Below, piece after piece: positions 38,204-49,604 of a stretch of 64,000 nt of DNA. The notes beneath the pieces are model-generated. The model saw only the letters and a program-made list of their open reading frames with translations. It ran no database searches and was not told where the DNA came from. Numbering within the stretch: the first letter of the stretch is position 1; each line of letters opens with the position of its first letter. The position numbers were made by a program, and so were the translations under genes. Source of the DNA: Candidatus Bathyarchaeota archaeon (GTDB lineage: Archaea > Thermoproteota > Bathyarchaeia > Bathyarchaeales > Bathycorpusculaceae); assembly GCA_963767735.1 (NCBI GenBank), contig CAVYES010000002.1, positions 32,001 through 96,000 on the forward strand, given 5' to 3'.

Positions 38204-41200
38204 CTATGTACCAACGGTCACGGTAATCGTCGGAGGCATCTCGGCTAGTATCCACATTCCAGGCTGATCGTTTCCGCTGTAAATTGGCGGGGCGGACCCA
38301 GCGAATGTTACCACCGCGCCGTCCCATGTCACATCAAAAGCTTGTTGGAACGTAACAGGATTAAGCGACACTGGCAGCAGGTAGATTGTTTGTGGGGATG
38401 CAGAGCTTGCAGTTAATGCGCCTCGCGTGGTCGCGGGAGCCATAGAATCAAAAGTGTAAAGCATGTGATTAGCTTGGTCAGTGAACATTATGCCTGCACC
38501 TTGCGTGCCTGTTGTGAATTGGCTCCAGTGATGTACCCAAGTTGCTGATGAGTTGAAGACTTGTGTGCCGCTGGCAACGACGGGGTCACCCTGCGCTGTT
38601 CCGTTTTCAGTCTCCAGCGTCCCAACAGTTGAAGTCAATGAAATGGGACACAACTCAGTTATTGTGCGGGCTTGCTGTGAAGGCAAAAACATGAGACTGA
38701 GTTGGTAGGTGAAGTAGGTCGCGTTGGCGGGTAAAGTAAGCACTATATCAGCGTATAGGTTTGGTGAACCGGGAACTCCACCTGGGTAACCTGAAGGGTC
38801 CCATTCAGCTTCCTGTTGAATTATATCTCGAACTACGCCGTGCGTAACAACCCAGTCTATTCCTGATCCATAATTGCTTGTGAAATTGTTTATTTGCATG
38901 AAATTTACTGTGCTATTGGTGCCGGTGCTATCAACTGTTGAGGTTACGGTAAAGCCGCCGCTAAATTGGAGATTTAACTGCCCATTATCAAGTTTGCTGC
39001 CATAATTATCATTTTTAAAATTTGAACTGGTGAAGGCTAATGGGGTTTGGATTGCTTGATCGCTGCCGTTCCACCACACAGTGAATTCTGAAACGTGAGT
39101 GGTTACTAGAAAAACAACCATTTGCATGTTGCCAAAGACCGTGGCGTTATTTGTTAACCCTAAAGGTATAGTGTAGGAAGATGCCCAATCCTCAATTTGG
39201 AAGGGCACTTGCTGATTAATTCCAGCTATAGTCTCGTTGATGTGAATAGCCTTCACCGGAACAGGCGGAATAGGAATCGTTTGGGTAGTGATTTGCAGGC
39301 TTTGGCCCAACCAGATCATCGTTCCGTTTTGAAGCAGCTCGACGGCGACTGTTGCAGCTGGACTTTGCAGTGACGAGAATAAGGCTTGATCTAGATTCAG
39401 GTCTGATCAAATCGGCGCCTACCTGCCAACTGATTGGTGAATTGTCGCCGGCATCATTGTTGATGAATCTTATAGTGAAAGTTGTGGAGCCAGCAGCTAA
39501 ATAGGAATTAATGGACATGTTGTTCCAGCCGCTTACGAGCGAGGAGCTTAGAAGTTGCCATGAACCATCGTACCAAGCGTCAACTGCTAGGTTACTTGAG
39601 CCCATGGTGCCTCCATAAATGCAAAGTGCCGGATGAGTAAGCGCTGTATAGTTCAGGTTCGTCCACTGTTCCTCAAGATTGAGCCCATACAAAGCTGAGG
39701 CAGGTCCATAACGTGCCAAGTTCAACTTGATTGTGAATGGCGACGAGACTGATGCAGTGGCTGTAACGCAAAGTTGCCAGGCTCCAATATCAGACTTAAA
39801 GTTTCCTGCTTTGGAAGTTATGGTTGCCTGCTCAGTTTGGTTGGATACTCCAAAATTTGTTGTCATATATCCGTCGCTACCCGACGTGGCATAGAGTCCC
39901 GTATTGTAGTTGAAAAGCTGCAAAACTATGCTTGCACTAGTAGATGATGAGCCGTCGACTGCCCAGTTAAGGTTGTTCCAGTTAAGTATGTTTGAAGAGC
40001 CAGCGAACACCACACTGCATGTGTACTGGCTTGGCACAGAATAGCCACAATAAATGCTGTACTCGTGGTTACTATGGGTAAAAGCGGGAGAAGCGGGCCA
40101 CGTACCAAAGGTTTGAGTGAAACTTTGACCTTGATTTGTGGTGCCACTGTTGTAGCTTAACGTGAAGCCGCCGCCTGCGGTAGACCAAACAACCAGAATG
40201 TAGTTGGTGTTTGCAGTAAGAAACGGCAGCGGAGTTGAGAAGCTAAAGGTTGCCCATCCCGTCGCAGATATCGTGAGTGCTTGTGTACTTGCAATAAAGG
40301 CGTTAGAGCTTGAGTAGATTGCCGCTTGGGCCTCAACTGTTGGCTGGTACGTGCAATAGATGCTGTATTCATTGCTAACGGAGCTAAAACTTGGTTGAGT
40401 AGGCCATGTGCCGTAAGTTTGAGAGAAGCTATCGCCTTGGTTACCGCTGCCGCTCTTGTAGTACAGGTTTGCGTTGCCGGTACCGGATGCTGAATAAACG
40501 ACTAAAATGTAAGTGTCGCCAGCAACAAGGGTTGGACCGCTAGCGAAAGTGAAGGTTACCCAGTCAGTAGTTCCTGAGTTTACTAACTGTTGGTTGGTTT
40601 GTGCAACCAGACTGTCGTTAGAGTTGTAGTATATGGCGGCCTCCATATCTTTTGAAGAAGAGGAACATCCTATGTAGGCAGTTATGCTTGTTGCAATGCC
40701 ACTGTATGTCGGGGCAAACTGACCTACCTCTCATCGTGTTTATGATTGAAGCCGTAGAAGAATACTGAGAAGTATAGCCGAATGTTTGCGTAGGCGCCGC
40801 TTGGATATGCGCTTCAATGTTTTGGGCCACGGCGTTTGTTGGCATGTTAAAAACGGATCCAATAATTGTGTTCTCGATACTTTGAGAAGAACCCCCGGCA
40901 GTGGTATAGCCGAAGTTGGATGAGCTTGAATACGCAGATGGATAAGAGTTAAAAGTCATGTAGTTGCCGTTATTGCTCTGTAAGTTGGCTAATGTCCCTG
41001 AAGCGAAGGTTGACCCACCTGTTGGGTTGTAGCTGCTTGGGTAATAATATTCGACTTGTGAACCATAATTTGCTTCGGTTAAACTATCGTAAATCCCGTC
41101 TGGAGGAGATAGTTGTGCCGGGAAGTTGCTGTGGGTTCCTACGTCAGAAACAGAGCCATCAACTGTTCACATAATCGCCTCCGCTAACGGAGGTGGTGTT

Positions 41201-41944
41201 GAATGTGAGGCTTCCTGTGTATTGGCTAAAAGAAGAAGCTGCAACCATGATACCGCGTGAGTCTTCCACTTGAATAATGTAGGATTGAGGGTTTATTCCC
41301 GATGGGATATTAATAGTGTATGTGCCGTTGCTGGAGGAGACTGGTTCACTGGGCGGGTTCACCATTGCCCAAGTCAAGTTCGAATATTGGTAACGATAGA
41401 AGTTGAAACTCGACGTGCTCAAATCGACTGCCGGTTCGTTTTCATCTTGGGTAACCGTTAGGGAAACTTGAGTTTTGGAATCAGAAGGCAGAATTTGAAC
41501 GTTTAATGAGCAAGATACTGAGTAGGCTACGCCAGTTATGCCAAGCCCTGTGAGACCGTATGTGACGTTTAGAGTTCCTTCGCTGTAGCTGTCATTTGTA
41601 AACCAATTAGTCTGAAGGGATAAAGAAGTATTGTTGAAAGAGGTGCCCCATTCGGGGTTCATGTCAACGATATTTTCTAAACCGCTGTTAAGATAATTTG
41701 AGGATTGTGCATAAGCGTAAGAGGAGTTGCCGGTGACCTGCAGGACTGAACCGAAGTAGCCCACGGTGAAGCCAAGCACCTGTTTTAGGGCAAGATTAGT
41801 TTCGTCTACGGCACTCATGATTTGCGGTTGGTCTTGGTTGGGGCTGTAATGAATTGCAGAGTATGTGACCATGACACTTGAGACAAGGATAACAACTACA
41901 AACAAAGCTGCAATAATTGAAAACTGACCTTTTTTGTTCATCAT
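38204..41944 (-). CDS. very large (~1240 aa) type IV pilin-like adhesin; several frameshifts (~41160, ~40725, ~39390 and possibly others)
   Basis: Class III signal peptide MMNKKG|QFSIIAALFVVVILV. The S/T/N/G-rich beta-domain ORFs 41159-41944, 40618-40959, 39216-40646 and 38204-39319 are contiguous in shifted frames. Confidence 0.7.
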
Positions 41945-41946
41945 TA

Positions 41947-43302
41947 TTAGGTTCCTCCAGCAATGCCAAGCTGCAAAACCACCAAGCGGGACGAGTCTTG
42001 TGCAGTGTAATCAGCAGCGTAAATCCTAGGCTGGTAATAAGAGAGAATGGCAAGCGCTGTAATTCTTATGTCTGTTGACCTTGTTAATCCGATGGGAATT
42101 AGTGTTCCACAAATCGCTCCGGCACTGTTCAGATGTGCAAACGTGGAGCCTGCAAGCCACGTTTTTCCTCCGTCAGCTACTGAATTAAAAACCGATGATT
42201 CCGCAACTAGATTGTAACTGCCTTCGATCGATGATGGTACAGCTCTTGTCGCAGTTTGAGTGGTAGAAGGATAAATCCCGTAATAGTTCATTAAACCTTG
42301 TGTCCCGGACGAAATGGTAACTTGCTCACTGGCAGGGTTTCCGTTTCCATTTAAAGTTATCCATCCAATAGTGTCGGTGGTGTAAGATTGACCATTTAGA
42401 CCGCTCAAAAAACTATTGAGACCAGCTGCTCCTACAGCTTCCATTCCATAGATGCCCCACCCGTTTTGATTAGTTGATCCTGTGAATTGTCCAGTGTTTG
42501 TAACGTAATAGAACGGATATCCAACTATGCTGGTCCAAGTCCAGTTGTACTGGTTAACTTTTTGTCCTAAGAAGTTCGCGTAGTCGGCGTATCCTCCGTT
42601 TGAGTAAGGAGCCCCGCAATACGCTGTTGGGATAGGCACTGCTTCTCCACATGTATTTATGATAACCGCATTCTGGACAGTTCCACCATCTAACGGGGAT
42701 CCCCCCAGCAGTGTTCCAAGCTGCGTCGTGTTCTGAACCAACACGGTTGTTGCAAAGTATGGCGACAGCAAATTGTACAGGTTTTGAGCTAGGCTTTGAG
42801 GAGTGTAACCTGTGATCCACCAGCCTTCTGTGTCGTTGCAGTCCAGAATATAAAGCGTGATGCCTCCGCCGCCGTTGGATTCACCTATTTTTTGTGGCGT
42901 AACGTCAAAAGTAACGTTTGAAGAAGCGACAAGATAAGATGATGCGTCTGAAGTGACTCCGAGGTTCTTAGCGTTTGACATGGACTCTTGAGCACTGTAA
43001 AGTGTTGCACCGTCTTGGTTATCGTTGACATTATAAAATGTCAGGTTGTATAGCATGTTAGGCGGCAAGGAAGAAGAAAGGGCGACCTGTAATTGATTCA
43101 TGAGCGTAGCGTTGTTAGTGTCAAAAGCGGCTTGACTCAAGGCATGATTTGAATCCAGCATCTCTAACGTTGTGAGTGAGAGTCGATTGAGGTTAACTGG
43201 CGAAACTTGGTTCGGTGAAGGCAACACGGCAAAATAGGAAACTCCTACGAAAGCGCCGGCTATTATAACTATTGCAATTACCACTTCAACAGTACGCATC
43301 AT
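41947..43302 (-). CDS. minor pilin-like protein
   Basis: N-terminal MRTVEVVIAIVII hydrophobic helix with a pilin-like Glu; within the pilus operon. Confidence 0.7.
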   Translation of the reverse strand: MMRTVEVVIAIVIIAGAFVGVSYFAVLPSPNQVSPVNLNRLSLTTLEMLDSNHALSQAAFDTNNATLMNQLQVALSSSLPPNMLYNLTFYNVNDNQDGATLYSAQESMSNAKNLGVTSDASSYLVASSNVTFDVTPQKIGESNGGGGITLYILDCNDTEGWWITGYTPQSLAQNLYNLLSPYFATTVLVQNTTQLGTLLGGSPLDGGTVQNAVIINTCGEAVPIPTAYCGAPYSNGGYADYANFLGQKVNQYNWTWTSIVGYPFYYVTNTGQFTGSTNQNGWGIYGMEAVGAAGLNSFLSGLNGQSYTTDTIGWITLNGNGNPASEQVTISSGTQGLMNYYGIYPSTTQTATRAVPSSIEGSYNLVAESSVFNSVADGGKTWLAGSTFAHLNSAGAICGTLIPIGLTRSTDIRITALAILSYYQPRIYAADYTAQDSSRLVVLQLGIAGGT

Positions 43303-43304
43303 TT

Positions 43305-44553
43305 TTAATCAGTCTCCTGTGATATTCCTTGAGTACTCCAAAGCGACAGCTTCGCCAGGTACGCAATATTACCTACCATAACCTGCCGCTCGTCAGTTGC
43401 AACCCACGTCTGCCGCTGAGGGTTCCCCCCAAAGGTTACTGGAAAAGCAAGAGAACTTATGCCCCAAGGCATCATTACCACACCCCCCGTAGTGGAGCTG
43501 GCTTGATAGGTAATTATCAAAATACCAGTTGTGCTTGTTGGCATCGAAATTGGAAAAGGGTCAACGACGCCGGAAGTAACGGTTCCAACCAAACCTGGAG
43601 TGCTAGAAGAGCCAAGTGATAACTCATTAAGGGTGTTGTCTACTGCTGACATAACAAAGGTCGCGTTATATTCCAGGCTGGATCCAGCGAGGCCAGAGTT
43701 ATTTAGGTCGTAGTTGTGAGCTAACACAACTGCACGTGACCCCATATCTTGAACGATAGGAACAACATTCTGGTTGGTAATAGTGTCATGTGTAAAATAG
43801 CCTACTCCTTCAAGGCCATCCAATTGTGTATAGGCAATAAATGCGTAAACTTGATTTGCGTCGTCTGTCACACTGTTAAACGTTTTATAAGCTACACCCT
43901 GCGGATTAGTGGTAAGAACACCGTTTTGTATGGTATAAGATGGGTATTGAGCGGCATTTTGACCCAAGGTAACAATAATGAGACAGTAGTTTATGGAAGC
44001 TCCAGCAAACGGAAAGCCCGTTCCCATTGCACTTATGGTCAGATTTAATGGGGCGCCAGCTTGATTTGCCGTGATATCCGCAATGGTTACATTGATGTCT
44101 GGAGTAAGTGAGAGTTGGAAGCCGTATATGTTGTTTATTCCGAGCAGTGCCAGCGCTGCGGAATAGTTAAGGGCTTGAGCGGTAGGTGTCAGCAAAAATG
44201 CTCCAGGTCCAGAAGTTAGCTCGTTGTAGTATAGTTAGATTGTCGTATTCGATAAGGTTTCCCGTTACTGAACTTAACCGCATAAGTGAAAAGGCACTTA
44301 GCTGATACTCTGTGAACTCGGGGTCCTGTACTCCAAAACTTGTTGGTGCAGAACTTTCTTGTCCCCAGTTGCTGGGACTCCCAGGATTAAGCAACATGTT
44401 ATCAAGGAGGTCGCTGCATTTCGTGGAGACAGCTTGGTTCTGCTGATAGGTTACTGCTGGTTGAACGATTTGACCAAAGAGACCAACAAAGAGCATTATC
44501 GCCGCTAAGAAAATGATTATTGAAACTATGTGGTCTACAGATACGCCCGACAT
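43305..44553 (-). CDS. minor pilin-like protein; frameshift near 44200-44240
   Basis: MSG|VSVDHIVSIIIF, PGSPSNWG motif; continues in ORF 43305-44195. Confidence 0.65.
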
Positions 44554-44566
44554 ATTTTATCCCCAT

Positions 44567-45034
44567 TTATGTTCCGAACGAAAGCTGGATAACTTGATCT
44601 GGAAATTTCTCGGCGATTATACAGACTGATGACGAGTCGCTCGTGAATGTCGATTTTACCCATTTGACGTTTTGCCCCAGCGTGACCAATGTGGAGGTTG
44701 AGATGTTTGTACCTACGAGTCTGAGGGTAACATCCAGAACTGGGCTGGAATTTGACCCAGTTTGCAAAGTAGCATTCCCTGTGTAGGCGTAGCCATCTAT
44801 CAAAGGCTGAGGACCAAGGTTGTTTGTGAGTGTGGAGCTGACAATAGAGGTATGGTTAAGGGAAAGATAGACCTGTTCGATACTGCTACTCAAATAGCTG
44901 GCGGCTTCCTGAAGCGCAAGCGACTTCTGATCATTGACATATTGAGTCATTACTACATTGACAAACATCGGAAACAGGAAAATTTGAAGAATCAAAACCG
45001 GAATCAAAATCATATATTCAACAGTAACTTCCAT
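44567..45034 (-). CDS. TadE-like minor pilin
   Basis: VTVEYMILIPVLIL N-terminal helix. Confidence 0.7.
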   Translation of the reverse strand: MEVTVEYMILIPVLILQIFLFPMFVNVVMTQYVNDQKSLALQEAASYLSSSIEQVYLSLNHTSIVSSTLTNNLGPQPLIDGYAYTGNATLQTGSNSSPVLDVTLRLVGTNISTSTLVTLGQNVKWVKSTFTSDSSSVCIIAEKFPDQVIQLSFGT

Positions 45035-45052
45035 CCATAATTCACCAGCATC

Positions 45053-45904
45053 TTATCCGCTTAATCCCAACGAAACCGACACGTCACCCACGTACAACTC
45101 AACAGTTGAGGAAGCAAAAGTCTCTGTTACGGTATATTGACCATTTGTGAGTGTGTTTTTAAATGGAAAGAACCCCGAATTGAAACCTTGAGAAGCTAGG
45201 GGAAATGTTACGGTGAACCGAACTCCAGTTACTCCGCTTTGAACATACGAAGTAACGGATTGACCAGCCAATGTGACTGATTGGGATAGACCCAAGTTTG
45301 TCCCGCTCTTAAGCAGCGGCAGGTAAAACTCTACATAGCTCTGGGAGCCCACCATAGTGTTTAACATCCTAATAGTGGGAACAGCTACTACGCGAATGAA
45401 GTTTCCATCGCTCATAGGAAGTTTCTCAATTGTGTACACGTCACTCACAGGCGCAGAGGAACCTTCTTGCAAAAATGAACCGTTCGAAGAAAGCTGGTGC
45501 ACAAAATTATTGCCTAACGTATACTCGTTTGTAGGCATATTAAACAGAATTATGCCTGTTTGCAAAGACATGTTAACTGTTTCCCAGACTGAGCCTTCCT
45601 TGATTTGCATGGTATAGCTCACTGGTTGAGACGCAGTGTTAGTTTTATTCCAAAGGAATTCTAAACTTCCATAGGTGGTCGTATAAGTTATTGTTTGGGT
45701 TCTACCCATTGTCCATGCGACATTGTCGATTTGAAGGCCTGTTGTTGACATGAACTGCTGGTTAGTGTTAAAGTCGTTTTGAGCCATGCTTGAGCTTAGA
45801 TAAGTTTGTGCATATGACATCGCAACTATAACCAGGACGATGATGGCGCCGGTCATGATAACCATGGAGATGGCTGGGCTAATCGCTCGGTTATCGCTAT
45901 GCAA
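45053..45904 (-). CDS. archaeal type IV pilin-like protein (possible upstream ATA start at 45937)
   Basis: Class III cleavage site NRA|ISPAISMVIMTGAIIVLV. Confidence 0.8.
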   Translation of the reverse strand: MHSDNRAISPAISMVIMTGAIIVLVIVAMSYAQTYLSSSMAQNDFNTNQQFMSTTGLQIDNVAWTMGRTQTITYTTTYGSLEFLWNKTNTASQPVSYTMQIKEGSVWETVNMSLQTGIILFNMPTNEYTLGNNFVHQLSSNGSFLQEGSSAPVSDVYTIEKLPMSDGNFIRVVAVPTIRMLNTMVGSQSYVEFYLPLLKSGTNLGLSQSVTLAGQSVTSYVQSGVTGVRFTVTFPLASQGFNSGFFPFKNTLTNGQYTVTETFASSTVELYVGDVSVSLGLSG

Positions 45905-45955
45905 AGCTTTTCTTCTGCGTTGGTTGTCGTTAAGTATCGTTTTCCTTCTCTCCTA

Positions 45956-47681
45956 TCAAATTTTAACGAACATTGGAATGAGTTTCGCACATAAACAGGC
46001 AATTACAACAAGAATAGCTGAATGCTTGAATCCTGCAGAGATTGATTCCTCACTTATTTTCCCCGCCACAATTCCAATAACATAACTGTTGAAGATAACT
46101 GCGGTCATGAATACCGTTTGCATCATGCCTTTGCTTGCTGCAGCTGTGCTTGAGACGCTTGCGCCTGTTACGCCGAAGCCTGATGTAAAACTCATCATCA
46201 TCACAGTTGTTGCCACAAGCAAAATTGACGCCAAATAAGGCATCATCACGTAGGGACGAACGGACATTTTCTTTTCTTTGTCCACTTCCGCCGTCAAACT
46301 GTTAAAGCGTGCCAAGGATTCAATCATTGCAATGGTGCCTCCGCCAACATCTATGGTTTCAACCAAGAGAAACATGACTATTTGCACCATCCAACTGCGC
46401 GTGCGATGGAGAAAATCCATCATGACCCGCTTGAGCGGGATACCCCAAGAAATGTCGGAGCTGATTTTACGAAGTTCTTTGCTGAAATGCTCCATAGTCT
46501 CTTGTGGATAGGCTTTCGATGCATTTTTCCGGTGACAAACCTGTTTTTCGCACTTCCGTGAGGTCTCTGAGAAAACTGGTTATTCCCGCTTCCATACTAC
46601 TCTTAGCTTTAGCCAATTTCATGTCCACCATGGCAGCCGGCGCAACAGAAATAAACAATGCAACGGCCAGGGCTATGGATAAATCAAGACCCCAAGATTG
46701 CAAGGTGCTGAAGAAGGGAAGATGGGTTGCTCCCATGAAGTTCGTGAGCAATAAGAATACGATGACGCCTATAACGCTGGATACCCCATAAACTTTGTAG
46801 GGGCGCATTTCCACTATCGGCGTCTTCGGCTGCAAACTATGTGCTAGATAGACGAATACGACTGCGAGCATCGGTGAGAAAAGGTAAGTGTACATCAGTA
46901 TACCTGAGTACGTGGATAAGCTGCTGCTGGTGCTGCTCCCTGTTTGAATATTCTGTACAGCGAAAAGTATGTAAAAACAAAGCGACATCATGACCATAAC
47001 GATGATGAAGGTTTCAAGTAGCATTCCAAGACGTTCAGCAGCGGCTTTAACGCGGAGCGCACGGGATTTGAAGATATCTTCTGCTTTCCGCTCAAGGAAA
47101 TGTCCGATGTCGCCGCCGATGATAACAGTTGAAGCGTAACCACTCAGAAAATCTTTGAATATGTCCAGCGGAACTTTTCTTGCAGCCCCTTCGAGAGCTG
47201 ATAGTGGATCAACACCAAACAATTCAACATCTTTCATTAAGTCTTGTGCTTCTTTGCGCATTGCAGGCATAAGGTCCACTTGTGATAGCCGTTTGAAGCT
47301 GGTGTATGGTGCAATGCCGCCGGCAGCCATAACGCTAATGTACGCTGCCGCAAAAGGTATTTCCCTCTCTAAGTTTGCCGACCGTTCGCTGGCGTTATTC
47401 GAAGGTATAACCATGAACCCAGCGACAACAAAAAGCGGAGTTGGCACCAAGATAAGCAGAGGTAGAAATCGGGTGAGCAAAACAAGCACTATACCCAGCG
47501 CTGAAACTGGTAGAGTGAGCAGGGCAGTGAAGATCATCATTGAAAGGTAAGTTTCAGGGTAAATTTTTACCCGCCCCTTTTCTAAGGGAGCTTTAAGGTG
47601 GAAAACATTATTCAGAAAATATGGTGTAAAACGCCCGAAGAGGCGATAAGACAGGGCTTCAAATTTCTCTAGAAACGGCAA
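45956..47681 (-). CDS. type II secretion system F / TadC-ArlJ family membrane platform protein; frameshift near 46497
   Basis: LEREIPFA, G.D.LSALE, FLRDLTEVRKTGLSPE and a second T2SSF domain in 45956-46495. Confidence 0.9.
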
Positions 47682-49398
47682 CAGCTTTTACCTCCTCGTT
47701 TGCTCGGATTTTTTGGTAGAATTCTTTGGGTCTTGCGTAGTATTCTGCAATTATTGATGCTACCTCCTTGTAGCTTCTGATTTTTTGTTGCCGCATCCAA
47801 TGCAGAACGTAACTGCGTCTTTTCATTTCTTCAAGTAATTCGTCTGTTGATATACCCGACCGTTTAGCAATAGATGGTAACAACGCGCTATTTTCCAAAG
47901 ACGCTATTTGCACGTCGGCGTTTGGATCCCACTTGTAGATACTTTGATAATTTTCAAACCCTACTATTTCGCTTGTTGCTAGCATACGCCTGTAAGCCTT
48001 CTTTACGCCGTTCTTGACAAGGTGCACACGCTGCACGGAAATAATCACGTTCATCAATGGAATATAGGCGGGAGAAATTTCCATGGGTTTCTGGGTTAAC
48101 CGTTTTACTGCTGTATCCACGTTCTCAGCGTGCATAGTAGCCATGCCGCCGTGGCCTGTAGCTAAGGCTTGGAAGAGAACGTATGCTTCTTGACCTCTAA
48201 TTTCGCCTACGATTAACATATCAGGGCGGTGACGCATTGAAGCTTTTACAAGGTCAAAGAGTGGCACTTCGCCGACGCTGCTTCCGCCTAAACCGTAACT
48301 TTGCCGTGAAATAAGTGAAACCCAGTTTTCAGCGGACAGGTTTAACTCAGCGGTTTCTTCAATTGTGATAATTTTGCTTCCGGGCTTAATTAGACAGGCC
48401 ATGGCATTTAACGCGGTAGTTTTGCCTGCTGCTGTTCCGCCCAAAATCATGATGGAAGCGCGGTTTTCCAAGCAAATCCAAAGGTAAGCCGCCAGTTCCT
48501 CAGTGAACGTGCCTATGTTGATCAAATCTATTATTGAGTACGGGTCATCTCGGAACTTTCGGATCGTGAAAGCGGTTCCGAACGGTGTAATCTCTCGCCT
48601 ATAACAAACAGCTAACCTGTGTTTACCAGGAAGGGAAGCGTCAACTATTGGAAAAGCGGAGCTGACGTGTTTTCCCGCCATGTGAACAAGTTTAACCACC
48701 ATGTTATCGAGGACCTCATCGCTTTCAAATTGAACGTTAGTTTCTATGCTTTCGAAGGTTCGGTGCCAAACGTAAACCGGCCTATTTACTCCGTCGCAGG
48801 AAATATCTTCTATGTTTGGGTCCCGCATCAACGAATCGATTTTGCCAAAGCCGACGAGATCACGTTCCGCATGGTAGATGATTTTGTACCATGAAACATC
48901 AGGTAACCAGCCGAGACTAATGCGGTATTTATCCACTATTTTTTTTGCTTCTTGAGCGAAGAATTTTCTTGGGTCTTTTATTTGCTCTTTTGGTGACTCA
49001 ATTTCAGCGAGCAGGATTTCCAGGATACGATTGTATATTCCTCGTTCCAGTGGGTCAAGCTGTAGCTCATCAAGAACATATTTGAATTCGCCTGTTTTGG
49101 GGTCTTGTGCTATTACAACCTGAGAGAAAGGCTCATACAACGGGTACTTGTCAGCTATTTTGACTCCTTTTGGCAGGGATTTGACCACAGGAGCAACTTC
49201 TGGCTCTGGCAGTTTCTTTTTAGAACCTAAATTGATTTTTGGAAATTTGAATCTTTTATTAGTGCTTGTTTTGCTTTCTGTTGATGTCTTGTTTTCTGGG
49301 GTTTTTTTGCTGGGGGTTTTGTTTGCTTTTTGAGGGAAACGTAGCTTGGCGATGGATGCTTTGAATTTTTGTTTTATGCTTTTGGTTTGCTCTGGCAT
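47659..49398 (-). CDS. type II/IV secretion system ATPase (TadA/ArlI/VirB11 family)
   Basis: DPNIEDISCDG, FTIRKF, GGTAAGKTT, IEETAEL, RPDMLIVGEIRG and TGHG..TMHA. Confidence 0.95.
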   Translation of the reverse strand: MPEQTKSIKQKFKASIAKLRFPQKANKTPSKKTPENKTSTESKTSTNKRFKFPKINLGSKKKLPEPEVAPVVKSLPKGVKIADKYPLYEPFSQVVIAQDPKTGEFKYVLDELQLDPLERGIYNRILEILLAEIESPKEQIKDPRKFFAQEAKKIVDKYRISLGWLPDVSWYKIIYHAERDLVGFGKIDSLMRDPNIEDISCDGVNRPVYVWHRTFESIETNVQFESDEVLDNMVVKLVHMAGKHVSSAFPIVDASLPGKHRLAVCYRREITPFGTAFTIRKFRDDPYSIIDLINIGTFTEELAAYLWICLENRASIMILGGTAAGKTTALNAMACLIKPGSKIITIEETAELNLSAENWVSLISRQSYGLGGSSVGEVPLFDLVKASMRHRPDMLIVGEIRGQEAYVLFQALATGHGGMATMHAENVDTAVKRLTQKPMEISPAYIPLMNVIISVQRVHLVKNGVKKAYRRMLATSEIVGFENYQSIYKWDPNADVQIASLENSALLPSIAKRSGISTDELLEEMKRRSYVLHWMRQQKIRSYKEVASIIAEYYARPKEFYQKIRANEEVKAVAVSREI

Positions 49399-49604
49399 AT
49401 TGATCGTATTTAGGATTCATTCAAAACGCTTATTAAATATTGTGTCTCACTACTCTGTATTGTTGAGATGCTGAACACAAATACACCAACAAGCAAGAGC
49501 AATCATCATTCACCGTCATAAAGCTGCATATTCAACACGGCAAACTTACACTTAGCGGAACATAACAGTATTATTCGTGCGTGACCCTTGATTTTTTAAG
49601 AAAA

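Noticed and set aside
40040-40650. DGR template/variable repeat pair in the adhesin
   Set aside because: The two copies are diverged at all base types rather than adenine-specifically, and no reverse transcriptase is in the window.
37182-49398. archaellum operon
   Set aside because: No archaellin, ArlH, ArlF/G or chemotaxis genes; the pilin-like genes point to a type IV pilus.
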